The notes below the pieces were generated by a model. That model saw only the letters and a program-made list of their open reading frames with translations, did not search any database and had not been told where the DNA came from. The position numbers were made by a program, and so were the translations under genes. From assembly GCA_002269645.1 (NCBI GenBank), contig NIVC01004776.1, positions 1-35,243 on the forward strand: a DNA stretch of 35,243 nt, written 5' to 3'. Shown piece after piece: positions 1 to 10,472 of this stretch (its first letter is position 1; each line of letters opens with the position of its first letter). Source of the stretch: Macrostomum lignano. Lineage: Eukaryota.

Positions 1-1076
1 TGTGAGTATTTACAACTTTAGCTTTAGGCTTTGAAATAATAAAAGTAACAGGATAACAGTACTGCCGAATGCGATCATTCATTTTGTGAGAAAAAATGAT
101 TTTTTCCTATTCCACTGCGCAGTGTATGTTTTCCAGGGAATTGGCCTCCCAAAACATCACCCGATCTTTGACTTTTACTGTCCTGTTACTGCGAGTATAC
201 TATAGCGGTCCTTGCAGACGACTGTATACATGGCCCCTATGAGTCATGGCTCTTGTCACAATTTCTACTTAAAGTAGTCCGTGGTCACTTTCTGATAAGG
301 GTAAAATTTTGTATCATTTATTAGTTGAAACGCGTTTGATATTGATCTCTTCTGCTATTTACTCGTATTATTGCATAAAAAACTTAATAAAGTAATAAAA
401 TACATCGTACTTTGTACTGAGCTCATACATTTTGACCAATTTGGCTGTATCTCGATCAGCTCCTTTGCATCTCTTAACGCCATGATACACTGTACGAGCG
501 TAGTTATGCATACAACAGGCTCACAATTCTGAATAATCCAGAGTTTATAGCGATAAAGCAAATACTTGTGCAGAAAAAACAAATTCAACGCATCCAACGG
601 AAAGTTTTACGCTACAGTTCGCAGTGTCAATCAACTAAAACTCTGCCTTAAAAAGCTTGCAGGCTTGCATGCTTTGTTGCAGCGAGTGCAAGCGTGACTG
701 CCTAGGCATCGGACACGCTGTGTGGAGTTTAGATACGAAATAAAGATACGAGGTATATCGCTGTTTATGCTTAGGAAGCATAAATACTTTCAACTAATGT
801 AAGTGCGCGATAAATAAACTTTTAAGTTTTTCACTCTACGATATTGGCCACCTTGCTCTTAAAAGCAATCAGCATCACTCGTTAAAGAATTGACCAGCAT
901 TTCTCGAAAGGGGGTTCAATTGGCTAGTCAATTATACTAAACTTTAGATGCATCGAAGACATCAAGCAGTTAATATATGCATACAATCGTTTAGGTTGCC
1001 TGTTGAGAGCTTTATATGCGCCTATATAGACCACGAGCTACTAATGATAAAGTACATGACGCATTATAGTAACTAA

Positions 1077-1357
1077 TAATAATAATGATTACACCTGCCC
1101 GGGAAGATGTTCAACCGACAGCTCAGCTGCAGCTATTGCGCGGCACATCTAAAGGCTGCGTACGGCTGCTCAGTCCAAGGACTGGGGGGTCGCCACACAC
1201 CCTCAATAACCCCAGCTAATACTGGCACCCATTTTACAGCTGAGGTGAACTGCTTAAGTGTCTTGCTAAAGGATACAAATTTTCCTGTGGGACGGGAATC
1301 GAACTGCCGACCTTCAAGTCGTGAGTCCGACGCTCTAACCACAAGGCTACTATAGGC
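1077..1357 (-). mobile_element. tRNA-derived SINE with CORE-like central domain and (ATT)n tail
   Basis: Minus strand reads GCCTATAGTAGCCTTGTGGTTAGAGCGTCGGACTCACGACTTGAAGGTCGGCAGTTCGATTCCC: A-box-like TGTGGTTAGAGC (1332-1343) and B-box GTTCGATTCC (1295-1304). Plus 1228-1273 cccattttacagctgaggtgaactgcttaagtgtcttgctaaagga resembles the MIR/CORE consensus. (ATT)n tail at ~1077-1090. Direct repeat TAGTAACTAA at 1067-1076 and 1358-1367. Confidence 0.8.
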
Positions 1358-2718
1358 TAGTAACTAAGCTACTCTAAAGAAGCCTAAATTATCCATTTGT
1401 ACAATCCAGAAAAAAATTATGAAACTGCTTTAGGTTAAGTGAGATTAGTTTATTGAAAAAAACGTTTAAGAAGGCTCGTTGACACCGCCATTAAAAATGA
1501 GGCGAGTTTTTATAATGGTCTTGTACTAATAGTTAGTTACACGTAAGTAGTACCTGGAGTGGACGCGCCATTCTGTGGAAGCTCTGTGAGTTTAACTATG
1601 GCGATATCCACCAATAATATACAACGTACTACGGGCTAGCTGTAGATGATGCAGTGTGATGCTCAGCATTTTACCCAATAAGAAATAAAGTTATGCGAAG
1701 TCAATGAACACTTTTCCTGTGCGTTAACATTCACTAGCTTAGTGTAAATTACAATTGTTATTCAACTTTATTGACACATTTCGATAGAAAGAAAACGCAC
1801 ACAAGAATTTCACGAACAGTTTCGTAGAGTAAGTTGAATCCACGCGCATGTTTCAAATCGCATTAATAAAAATTAATAAAACTAGGTCATTTCTGATAGG
1901 CCGTTGACGTTACATATAGATTGAAAACACTAAGGTATGCTACTACAAATAGTTTAATACAGCTTGCGTTAATAGTAGAACTAAAAGTACGTCTTATATA
2001 TGTTATAGCATATTATATGTATATATTTCTAAAATATGAAAAATTTGGGATACAAAAATATTTTAATTAACATTGGCGCCTAGACAAACACAATATTAGT
2101 CAGCTAATGCGCTCGTAGTATGAAAAAATCAATTTGACCACTTATCACTAATGGAGGGAGGTTTCAGTCTTGACAATATAAAAAGACATATTTAGCTCTT
2201 AGGCTGTTTGCTACACTCAACAATAAAATGCAATCAGCGGTGCTTAATCGCTACATAATTATCATTTTATACATGCACTTTTATTTCTCTATTCCGATAA
2301 GCGGGCAAGAACGAAATAAAAATTTAATAAAATTTAAGCAGCATGCCTTTATTACTACTTTTTTTACTAACAGTAGTTTAGGCGCAAATATCAATAGTAA
2401 TTATCGGAGAACGGAAAAGGGGCACAGATATTTTAACCACATGTACCTATATACAAAACAGATTCGGTTGAGTGCAAGTACTTAATTTTACATTGTAGGC
2501 CTTTCGTGTTTAGAATACAACAAAATGTGCAATCAACTACAGAATTAATCACACAGACTGATAATTGACCAAAAAATATTTGGAGCAGAGGCAGAAACAC
2601 AAAATCTTCCCTAGAAGCAGGACTTGCTTATTCAATTCATTTCGAGAATCAACGCTTAATAGATTCTTCATAGGGCAGCTACAATTATATCTGAAGCAGC
2701 CCAGCAACTTAAATTATT

Positions 2719-3095
2719 TCTGATCCCTACAATCTGATCCCTACAATCTGATCCCTACAATCTGATCCCTACAATCTGATCCCTACAATCTGATCCCTAC
2801 AATCTGATCCCTACAATCTGATCCCTACAATCTGATCCCTACAATCTGATCCCTACAATCTGATCCCTACAATCTAATCCCTACAACCTTATCCCCCACA
2901 ATCTGATCCCTACAATCTAATTCTTACAATCTGATCCCTACAATAAATAATTCCTACAATCTGATCCCTACACTCTGATCCCTACACTCTGATCCCTACA
3001 ATTTAATTCCTACAATCTGATCCCTACACTCTGATCCCTACAATTTAATTCCTACAATCTGATCCCTACAATCCGATCCCTACAATCTGATCCCT
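2719..3095. repeat. 14-bp minisatellite (TCTGATCCCTACAA)n, ~27 copies
   Basis: Period 14 seen directly; near-perfect 5' half, variant units (AATTTAATTCCTAC, CACTCTGATCCCTA) in the 3' half. Confidence 0.97.
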
Positions 3096-3201
3096 GCCAA
3101 AAACCATACTAAGCATCTAGATGAAGTGAGGGCTATTATAGGCTCGCTGAAGCCAGAATGTCTACACTAAGGCCGATCAGATGAGTTAAAGCGCGCCGAG
3201 G

Positions 3202-5390
3202 TCACTTAAGCCGCTGGGTGAGATTAGCCAGAGCCAAACCGAAGGCTTGCACGGGCGAGAATGGCGCCTGAAAGTCCAGCGAGAATCTGGAGTCGGACGT
3301 TTTACCAAACTGCAACACCTGCTGGCCGTCCAATTCCAATTGGAAATTCTTCGCCGACTGCAGACTGACCCGGCCGTGAAAGTCCAACTGATAGACGTGA
3401 TTTGCTTCGTTCCAATTCGGCTCTTTGTTAGTCATAACAAAGACTCGCGGGCCGGGCGGAGCGGCCGACGCAGCGCCGGCGTTGCAATTCGCCAACTGGC
3501 CGGACGAGTCGCCGATTCGCCTTTGTCGAAGTCGACGCGTAGCCGTGGTTGCCGAAGCAGCCGGACGCGATGACGGAATCGAAGAGGTTGGCGGCTGAGC
3601 TGCGGCAGTGGCGGCAGCGGAGACAACCGCTGACGTGCCCGACGGTGTGCTCGGCGCCGACTGTCGCATCATCGACGGGCCGCCGGCGGAGGAAGCAAGG
3701 ACAGCGACGGCCGGAGAAATAGTTGCCTTGGCGGCCAAGGCAGCCGGCATTGACTGCTCGTCGGTTTCGTCTTCCGAGTCGATGTGCCGCAGGTCTGACA
3801 GGCTGCCACCGTTGCCGCCGCAGCCACGCGAGGTCAATGGCGGAGAATTGTCGCTGAACACTCGTCCGTGCCGTCTAGGATTCACCTGCGGCAATGACGG
3901 GCCGATGTCGGAAGCTGCCGATGCCGCAGACGGATTTGCCGCGGTCGCAGAGGCAGAGGCGAACGAAGCGGCGGCAGCAGGCGAGGAGCCGAGCTCAACC
4001 AGACGCAGAGTGAGCCGCCTCGGCTCCATGTGCAGAAAGGAGGTCCGATAATCCACAGAGCCGGCGTCCCTGGGCAGGCAGGAGCGCAAGCCAACGAACC
4101 CGAATCGAGTGCCCCAGAGATTGGCCGACACGCGCAGCAGGCCTGGGCCCGGAGGCGGCTGCTGCTGTTGCGACTGTCGATGAGCTTTGCCGGCTGCGAC
4201 AGCCGACGATGACAACAACGACGAAGGCGTCGACAATTGCTGACAACGCCGACGACGCCTCGATTTTGGCGAGGCGCAGCCAATGTCTACAGGGCCATCA
4301 TCTTCTTCCTCTTCGAATGCCTCGACGATTTCATTGTTAACATTTGAATCATTGCTCGCCTGCTGCTGCTGCTCCAGCAGCTCCCTGCCGGTGTCGCAGT
4401 CGCAGTCAACGTCCGGAAAGTCTAAATAATCGTCGGCGAATTCCGGATCGAGTATAAGAAAGTCCGGTCTCAGTTTGCCGCACCGACGAGCGACTAATAG
4501 GCGAACTAAACCGCCCAGGTACTCGAGCTGCAGTACGTAGCGAAGTCCGGCCTCGTCCTGCGGCCGGCCGCACCGGCTCAGTGTGCAGTGCAGTCGGGTT
4601 GGCGCCGGTCTCGAGCAGAACTCTCGAAGCCCGTCAACGCTCAGCGGAGGCAGCACCCCGCGCAGAGTGTGCAGCCAGGCCGATTCAACCAGGCGTCGAA
4701 GCGGCGCCGGCGCATTCAGAGCGGCGAACTGCCTCGGACAGGCCCGGGCGCACAGGTCCGTTAGGGGAGCAACCTGGGCGCTGACTCGAATAGTGTAGAG
4801 TCGCCTACCGGCTGACACGAATAATCGCCTGTCCGAATGCGCCCAGGCCAGGCCGAACTGCGGATAGGGTGGACGAAAATTCGGAGAAAAGCCCGGCGCT
4901 TGACAGTACCGCTCGGCTAGTTGTCTGCCAGCCCGGTCGAACACCAGCACCTTGAGCCGGCTGGTGGGATCATAGTAGGACCAACCGGCCGCCGCCAGCC
5001 ATTCCCCGCTGCAGCTCCACTGGATCCGCACGCCAACTAGACCGGTGAGAATGCACACTACCGGGTCCGTTGAGTCCGACATTGGCCCGCCGTCGTACAA
5101 TCGAATCCGGCCGTCCGACAGAGCCACGGCCAGGATGAAGCCGCGACAGTCGGCGTGTCGATCTTCTTCAGCTACTACCGGCGGCCGGGACTGCCGGTGT
5201 CCAGCCATTGCGGCGGTGGCGGCTCTGGCCACTGTATTGGCCGGATTGCCGCCCTGCAGGTGGAGCTGAAACTTCGGACAGTTCCATTCTAGGCCGGTGA
5301 CGGCCCCGCCGCAGGGGATGCGATGAAGCATGGGATGCTGGCCGGCGCTATTATAAGCCATGATCTCGCCTGCTGCGGTGCCCACAAATA
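3202..5390 (-). CDS. TULP4: Tubby-related protein 4, coding exon 3 of 3 (end of WD40 region, SOCS box, low-complexity linker, C-terminal tubby-like domain); model complement(join(3202..5390,8116..8512,9040..9204)), 916 aa
   Basis: C-terminus VMTNKEPNWNEANHVYQLDFHGRVSLQSAKNFQLELDGQQVLQFGK...DFQAPFSPVQAFGLALANLTQRLK matches the TULP4 end (ANVTQRLK); SOCS-like APLTDLCARAC; acceptor ttccacag at 5391-5398; phase-1 join gives VFVGTAAGEI; the three exons total 2751 nt, in frame. Confidence 0.93.
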
Positions 5391-5628
5391 CTGTGGAAGA
5401 TTAGGGGGTGGGGGCGAGTGCGGTAGCAGTGCTTCTTTGAAAGAAATCGAAAACCTATAAAAGTATACTAAAAGAACTAATAGTAAAATACTAATATTTG
5501 CTGGAACAAAGACCTACATACCAGACTAGAACTACAAAGACCCTACTCATCTAAAACTATTGCACAAAGACTTACACATACGAAATCTAAAAACTAGAAT
5601 TAAGAAGGTGAGCGCCATCATTTTTTAT

Positions 5629-5664
5629 GCGACATGTTTCGCCTCGCGTCAGGCATCTTCAGGC
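5629..5664 (-). ncRNA. Minimal type I hammerhead ribozyme motif in the 3' UTR of PLE-A
   Basis: Minus strand GC-CTGAAGA-TGCC-TGACGCGA-GGC-GAAAC-AT-GTC-GC: CUGANGA and GAAA cores, GCC/GGC stem II, palindromic ACATGT stem III, GUC cleavage triplet. PLE 3' repeats are known to carry such motifs. Confidence 0.82.
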
Positions 5665-5804
5665 TCTTAAAATTAGTAACGATTTATTTGTTCATTTATA
5701 TTTAACAATTAAGAGTAAGAACGGGTCGATAAAAGTCAGAAATGTATATAAATTAACAGTAGATTGTACAGTCCGACGGAGCGCTCACAGAGTTTCAATG
5801 AGGG

Positions 5805-5807
5805 GAG

Positions 5808-5863
<56 letters not shown>

Positions 5864-5878
5864 GTGAGTGAGAGTGAG
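5805..5878. repeat. (GA)n microsatellite grading into (GAGT)n, inside the PLE-A 3' UTR
   Basis: Seen directly. Confidence 0.97.
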
Positions 5879-7117
5879 ATGAGCACAAGTGTACACCTAG
5901 AATACTCTAAGGAGGGCACTGGCACCGTGATTGGCAAGTTGCTTATTTAGGATTGGTTTACGCGATTTTATATACAGGGCTTCAAGCACTTTTAGTCTGT
6001 ACTCATTTGAGCACGCATGGATGGTGGAAAAGTTATCTATTTGGCTGTCACAGCATTCTTTGCATATCATCAGGTGGTCGTGGACGGCCGACATCTTTTG
6101 CCTATGTTCTCTACTTCTCACGTACAGGTGTCGGGTAGTTTCACCTATGTAGGTGATACTCTGGTCGCCAGAGCATTGAAATTGGTAAACGACACCTGCC
6201 CGTAAGGAGCTGGGAACGCGGCATTTCAAATTCTTAACAAAACGACCGATTTTCTCGCAACGGAAAGTGACCATGAGCTTCACATTTAAATACTTATTAA
6301 ACGCTCTGATGAGGTTCTTTTTAAAATGAACAGAAGCAGGCCCATAGAAAGGAATGGAGATATGGGTGCAATCAATCCTCAGATCTTTCTGTTCTTCCTT
6401 ATTCTGTCTATTGTTAGGATTCGCGACTTTACCATCAATGAATTTCCTAATGTGGTAATCGAGGAACCGTTTCGGGTAGTTGTTTTTGGAAAAATAGGTG
6501 CTAATCAAGCAAATTTCTTCGTGGAAACTAGTCCAGGTGCTACAGATTTCGAAAGCCCGGTGGAGCATACCACGCAGCAGGCCCACTTTCCACTGGGTTG
6601 GGCAGAGAGCATTGAAGTTTAGCAGAAGACCAGTGTAGGTGGCTTTACGATAAACTTTGGTGGACACACAATCGTTTTCAACATTAATCTGAATGTCTAA
6701 AAAAGGTATAGATTTCCCACCTCCTTCAGCAGTGAACTTTATGTTGGGATGAGTGCTGTTCAAAATGTCTAAGAATTGGCTATAGTCAGTCCCTTTGTTG
6801 AAAACCAAAAGAGTGTCATCAACATATCTCTTATAGAATTTGGGGGCCGCATCACTCTTCATCCATTCCTCTTCCCAATGAGCCAGACAAAGATTGGCCA
6901 AGGTGGGGGCTAAAGGGCTCCCCATGGCACAGCCGTCAATCTGCCGGTAAAGCTTAGTTTGAAACATGAAGATTCCGTTAGTGGCAAAGATGAGGAGTTT
7001 GCGGAAAGTTTCTTTGTCCAAATCTGGTTTCGAATATTGGAACACAGTATCAGTGGCAAGGTTAATTTAAAGTTTACAAAAGTTCAAATCAACATAGATT
7101 ATAATAAATTCTTTCTT

Positions 7118-7153
7118 CCGACGCGTTTCGGTCCAACAATGACCATCTTCAGG
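7118..7153 (-). ncRNA. Minimal type I hammerhead ribozyme motif (PLE-B, minus arm)
   Basis: Minus strand CC-CTGAAGA-T-GGTC-ATTGTTG-GACC-GAAAC-GC-GTC-GG; GGTC/GACC stem II, palindromic ACGCGT stem III. Confidence 0.82.
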
Positions 7154-7790
7154 GTCTGGTGTATTTTTAACTCACACAACAACTTTATAAGTGAACAAAT
7201 GTTAACTGTACAGTCCAAAGGGCATGTCATGGGCAGAATTTTCCAAAAAATGTTAAGCATAGATTGCAAGTACATTGTTCAGACTAGTGCCTCTACTTAG
7301 AATACCTTGAGCAAATGGCCCGCACCACTATGGGAGAGCTGAATATTCAGATTAGGTTTTTGGTCTTTAATGTACATGGATTCAAGTATGTTGAGCCTAA
7401 AATCAGTTCTACACCGATCAATAATTTTAAACTGCTGAGTTTGCTCAATTTCGCAACAACTGTTGCAACAGAGCAGGTGGTCTTGGATAGCCGACCTTTT
7501 CAACCAATGCTCTCTGACTAAAAGAAACTAAAAGGCACCTGTACACCAGAGTCAGAGACTTGAATCCATGTACATTAAAGACCAAAAACCTAATCTGAAT
7601 ATTCAGCTCTCCCATAGTGGTGCGGGCCATTTGCTCAAGGTATTCTAAGTAGAGGCACTAGTCTGAACAATGTACTTGCAATCTATGCATAACATTTTTT
7701 GGAAAATTCTGCCCATGACATGCCCTTTGGACTGTACAGTTAACATTTGTTCACTTATAAAGTTGTTGTGTGAGTTAAAAATACACCAGA

Positions 7791-7827
7791 CCCTGAAGAT
7801 GGTCATTGTTGGACCGAAACGCGTCGG
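7791..7827 (+). ncRNA. Minimal type I hammerhead ribozyme motif (PLE-B, plus arm)
   Basis: Same sequence as 7118-7153 on the opposite strand: CTGAAGA 7793-7799, GAAA 7816-7819, GTC 7823-7825. Confidence 0.82.
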
Positions 7828-8115
7828 AAGAAAGAATTTATTATAATCTATGTTGATTTTAACTTTTGTATTTCTCTGCCTGCTAAAGCGTGCTACCTTA
7901 CCTCAATTTAAAGTTTAGTTAATTTAATTTAATTTAGTTAATTTAATTTAGTTTTTTAGGTGAAATCTAAAAACTACAGACTTACACATTACCAAATCTA
8001 AAACTACAAAGACTTACACATACCCAAATCTAAAAACTACATAGACCTACACAAATCCAAAACTACAAAGACTACAAAAACTAAAAATAGCAACAAAGAC
8101 TGATTCGCAGCTCAC

Positions 8116-8512
8116 CAGAGCAGTCGCCGGGTGACCAGCAGACAGCCGTAATCCGAGGCGGATTAGGCTCGGCATCGCCAAGTTCAACTAGAAACGACCA
8201 TAGCTGATGATCGGAGAAATTGCCGCACAATAGCAGGCCGTCCAAAGAGCCCATCAGAAAGTTGCTGCCGGAACGGGACCAGCGGAAGCAGACGCTGGCG
8301 CTAGGCCGGTCGTTAATTAGCTCCAGACTCCAGCGCTGGCCGTCTTCGGAGTTCAGCCAGACGTGCATAACCCCGGCCGAGCAGCCAGTTACTAAACGGC
8401 GCTGCACTTCGTTCCATTCGACAACGCAGATGCCGCTGTCTGGCGACGGCTCGCGGCCGTAGTCGTATAAATTGAAGTTTAGCCGCTCGTTAGCTTCGCA
8501 ATCTAGCGGCCA
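8116..8512 (-). CDS. TULP4: TULP4 coding exon 2 (WD40 repeats)
   Basis: WPLDCEANERLNFNLYDY...VVEWNEVQRRLVTG...VWLNSEDGQRWSLELINDR matches TULP4 RINFNL...VRWNEPYQKLATC...VWIQYEGRWSVELVNDR; acceptor AG at 8513-8514, donor GTGAGC at 8115. Confidence 0.9.
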
Positions 8513-8753
8513 CTGTAGTGTTCGGATGCGAATGCTTGTTTAAAATATTAACCCGTAGATACTTTAGTAACTATATAAGTCACACTCGCAATTCAAGCGG
8601 TGTAGAGCGTCTACTCTTTTTTTCAGTAGTTTGTCAGCGCAGCAATACTTAAATTTAATGTGGCAGGAAAATTTCCTGGTTTGTGGCCTCGCAGCATTTA
8701 GGGGTCCAGAATGAGCAGCAGGTATTTAACTTGATGTACACAAGTGAATGCAA

Positions 8754-8890
8754 GACCGACGAAACTCAGCCTAGGGGGCAGCCCCAATCTAGCTCAGTCA
8801 ATCAGAGAGCAGTAAGGAGAGAGATCGAAGTTAGACGGACGAAACCCAGCCTATGGGACAGGCCCAATTTAGCTCAGCCAATCAGAGAAC
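8754..8890. repeat. Degenerate tandem duplication, period 80 bp, in TULP4 intron 1
   Basis: gaccgacgaaactcagcctagggg...agctcagtcaatcagagagc and gacggacgaaacccagcctatggg...agctcagccaatcagagaac. Confidence 0.75.
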
Positions 8891-9039
8891 ACAAGTGGGC
8901 AAGAGGAAAACCAAGTTACTGTTTATCGGCCTGGATGGAGGCTGAGGTGCCATCCCTACAGGGTGAGGATGCTAATTTAATTTTCATTTTACTGCTCTAA
9001 CAATAATTTTGCTACTACAAAAAACAATCGAGTGCTCAC

Positions 9040-9204
9040 CATTTCTTTAGCGCAAGTTTTAGTCACACTGACAACTCCATTGGCATTGCCGCAGGCCAGC
9101 CAGCCATCCTCGGGCCTGTCCAGGTCCCAGTGCGGCATCCAAGACAGGTCGAGCAGCTCCGAGTCGCTTTGGTGCAATCTGGCCGTCTCCTCTAGAAGGT
9201 GCAT
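9040..9204 (-). CDS. TULP4: TULP4 coding exon 1
   Basis: MHLLEETARLHQSDSELLDLSW...EDGWLACGNANGVVSVT matches the TULP4 N-terminus (SDSNILCLSW...EEGWLATGNGRGVVGVT); donor GTGAGC at 9039, 55 codons, phase 0. Confidence 0.9.
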
Positions 9205-10472
9205 CCTTCCTCCCAGAGTATTTTTTTATTTTCTATTTAATATCTATACCTTCAGTTATAGAAACTAATTAGATAATAATCCAGGTATTATGTCCCACTT
9301 CAAGGCAAATGGATAAGAGAATTACAGTGTCCCAAGTCCGTCTGCCTTGGCTTTGGGGCATGCATGTATTAGAAGTAACATTTATTCACTAAATCCTTCA
9401 CAATAATGTATTTTATTGCTTTCGTACCTAACATTAAGCAATACATTCTGCATGAGACAAAAATCCTAAATAGGTAATACTTTAACAACCATTGAATTTG
9501 CCCCCCCCTCTAACTCATACATTACAAGATCAATTAATTTATAAAGGAAAAGTCACTTTTCATAGATATAGTCTGGTAGGTCTGTGCTTTAGGCATTTTA
9601 GCATGTAACAAAGCCTAAAGAAAAGCACTATATAATAATTATTTATAATATAACTTTGCCATATCTATAGCCAATGGTGTTAATGACCTCCTTTATTCTC
9701 TTCTATTCTGGTTTATTGTTTAGACAACATTCTGCTTTCACCCTCTGCAGAATTTGTATAAACATTTTGTTATGCACACTTTTGGACTAACCTCACTAAC
9801 TACATAAGAAATGCATGAAGAATGTATTGCAAACATTTTTATTGCTTATGTATAGCATTACTTTTAAGGACCTATTTGACAGCTATTTTATTAATGTTCA
9901 ATGTGACATTGCCAAAATATCCTTCTTAGCACTTGATTTATCTTAAACATTTTTTATGCAATGTGACAGGGATTATCTAAGTTGCTTTATATTATATAGG
10001 GTCTTAATTATGTTTACCTGTAAAATATAGTTGCTAATCTAAATTTGCAGTGCATATGTATTATATATTTACATTTATAAAATATTATATTTCTTTTTTG
10101 CTACTATATATCTATTGAATATTATGAGATATATCATCACAGAAAACAAAAACATGATTCAAGGTTACATTAAGAATGGCTAAAGGGGAATCAATTTTAG
10201 TCATAATATACACTATTATGCAAAAACATTTATTTAAGGTCTAGATGAAACAATTGCACCTTTTGTTAAAAGGTGTCCAAAACAAAAATTGCAAGAATGA
10301 TTTATTTAGTCCTAGAAATTGAAATGTTAATGAATTTCAGATGGCTAAGCATTTTTAGAAAACATACTTTTTGCCACATCTATATATCTTGTAGGCCTAT
10401 TTCTAATATTATCTATACATCACTGAAACCAAGACCTTAATTGACATCTAGCACATTCAGTGTTAGGCAATT

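Larger units (their letters stand above)
5597..7066 (-). mobile_element. Penelope-like retroelement A, 5'-truncated (RT C-terminal half, GIY-YIG endonuclease, 3' UTR with (TC)n and hammerhead), in TULP4 intron 2
   Basis: ORF to stop at 5897 carries RT motifs QIDGCAMGSPLAPTLANL and YKRYVDDTL, thumb VYRKATYTG, and GIY-YIG VVYQFQC...YIGETTRHL..R.REH...LEALYIK..KP.LN. The frame opens after TAA at 7067-7069 with INLATDTVF, i.e. truncated inside the RT. Confidence 0.93.
7075..7961. mobile_element. Penelope-like element B: 3'-terminal fragment present twice in inverted orientation (minus arm 7075-7519, plus arm ~7524-7961)
   Basis: Minus arm encodes VREHWLKRSAIQDHL...ILESMYIKDQKPNLNIQLSHSGAGHLLKVF*, a GIY-YIG tail different from PLE-A. 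Plus arm encodes ETKRHLYTRVRE (7524-7558) then jumps to LESMYIK...LLKVF*. 7075-7387 and 7558-7870 are reverse complements with 2 visible mismatches. Confidence 0.88.

Noticed and set aside
1290-1357. Functional tRNA gene
   Set aside because: Acceptor and anticodon stems do not pair properly, and the sequence continues into a SINE body with tail and TSD.
3247-5269. Many overlapping or antisense ORFs over TULP4 exon 3 (likewise over TTLL4 and ANKFN1 exons)
   Set aside because: Expected shadow ORFs of GC-rich, stop-poor coding DNA; no recognisable motifs.
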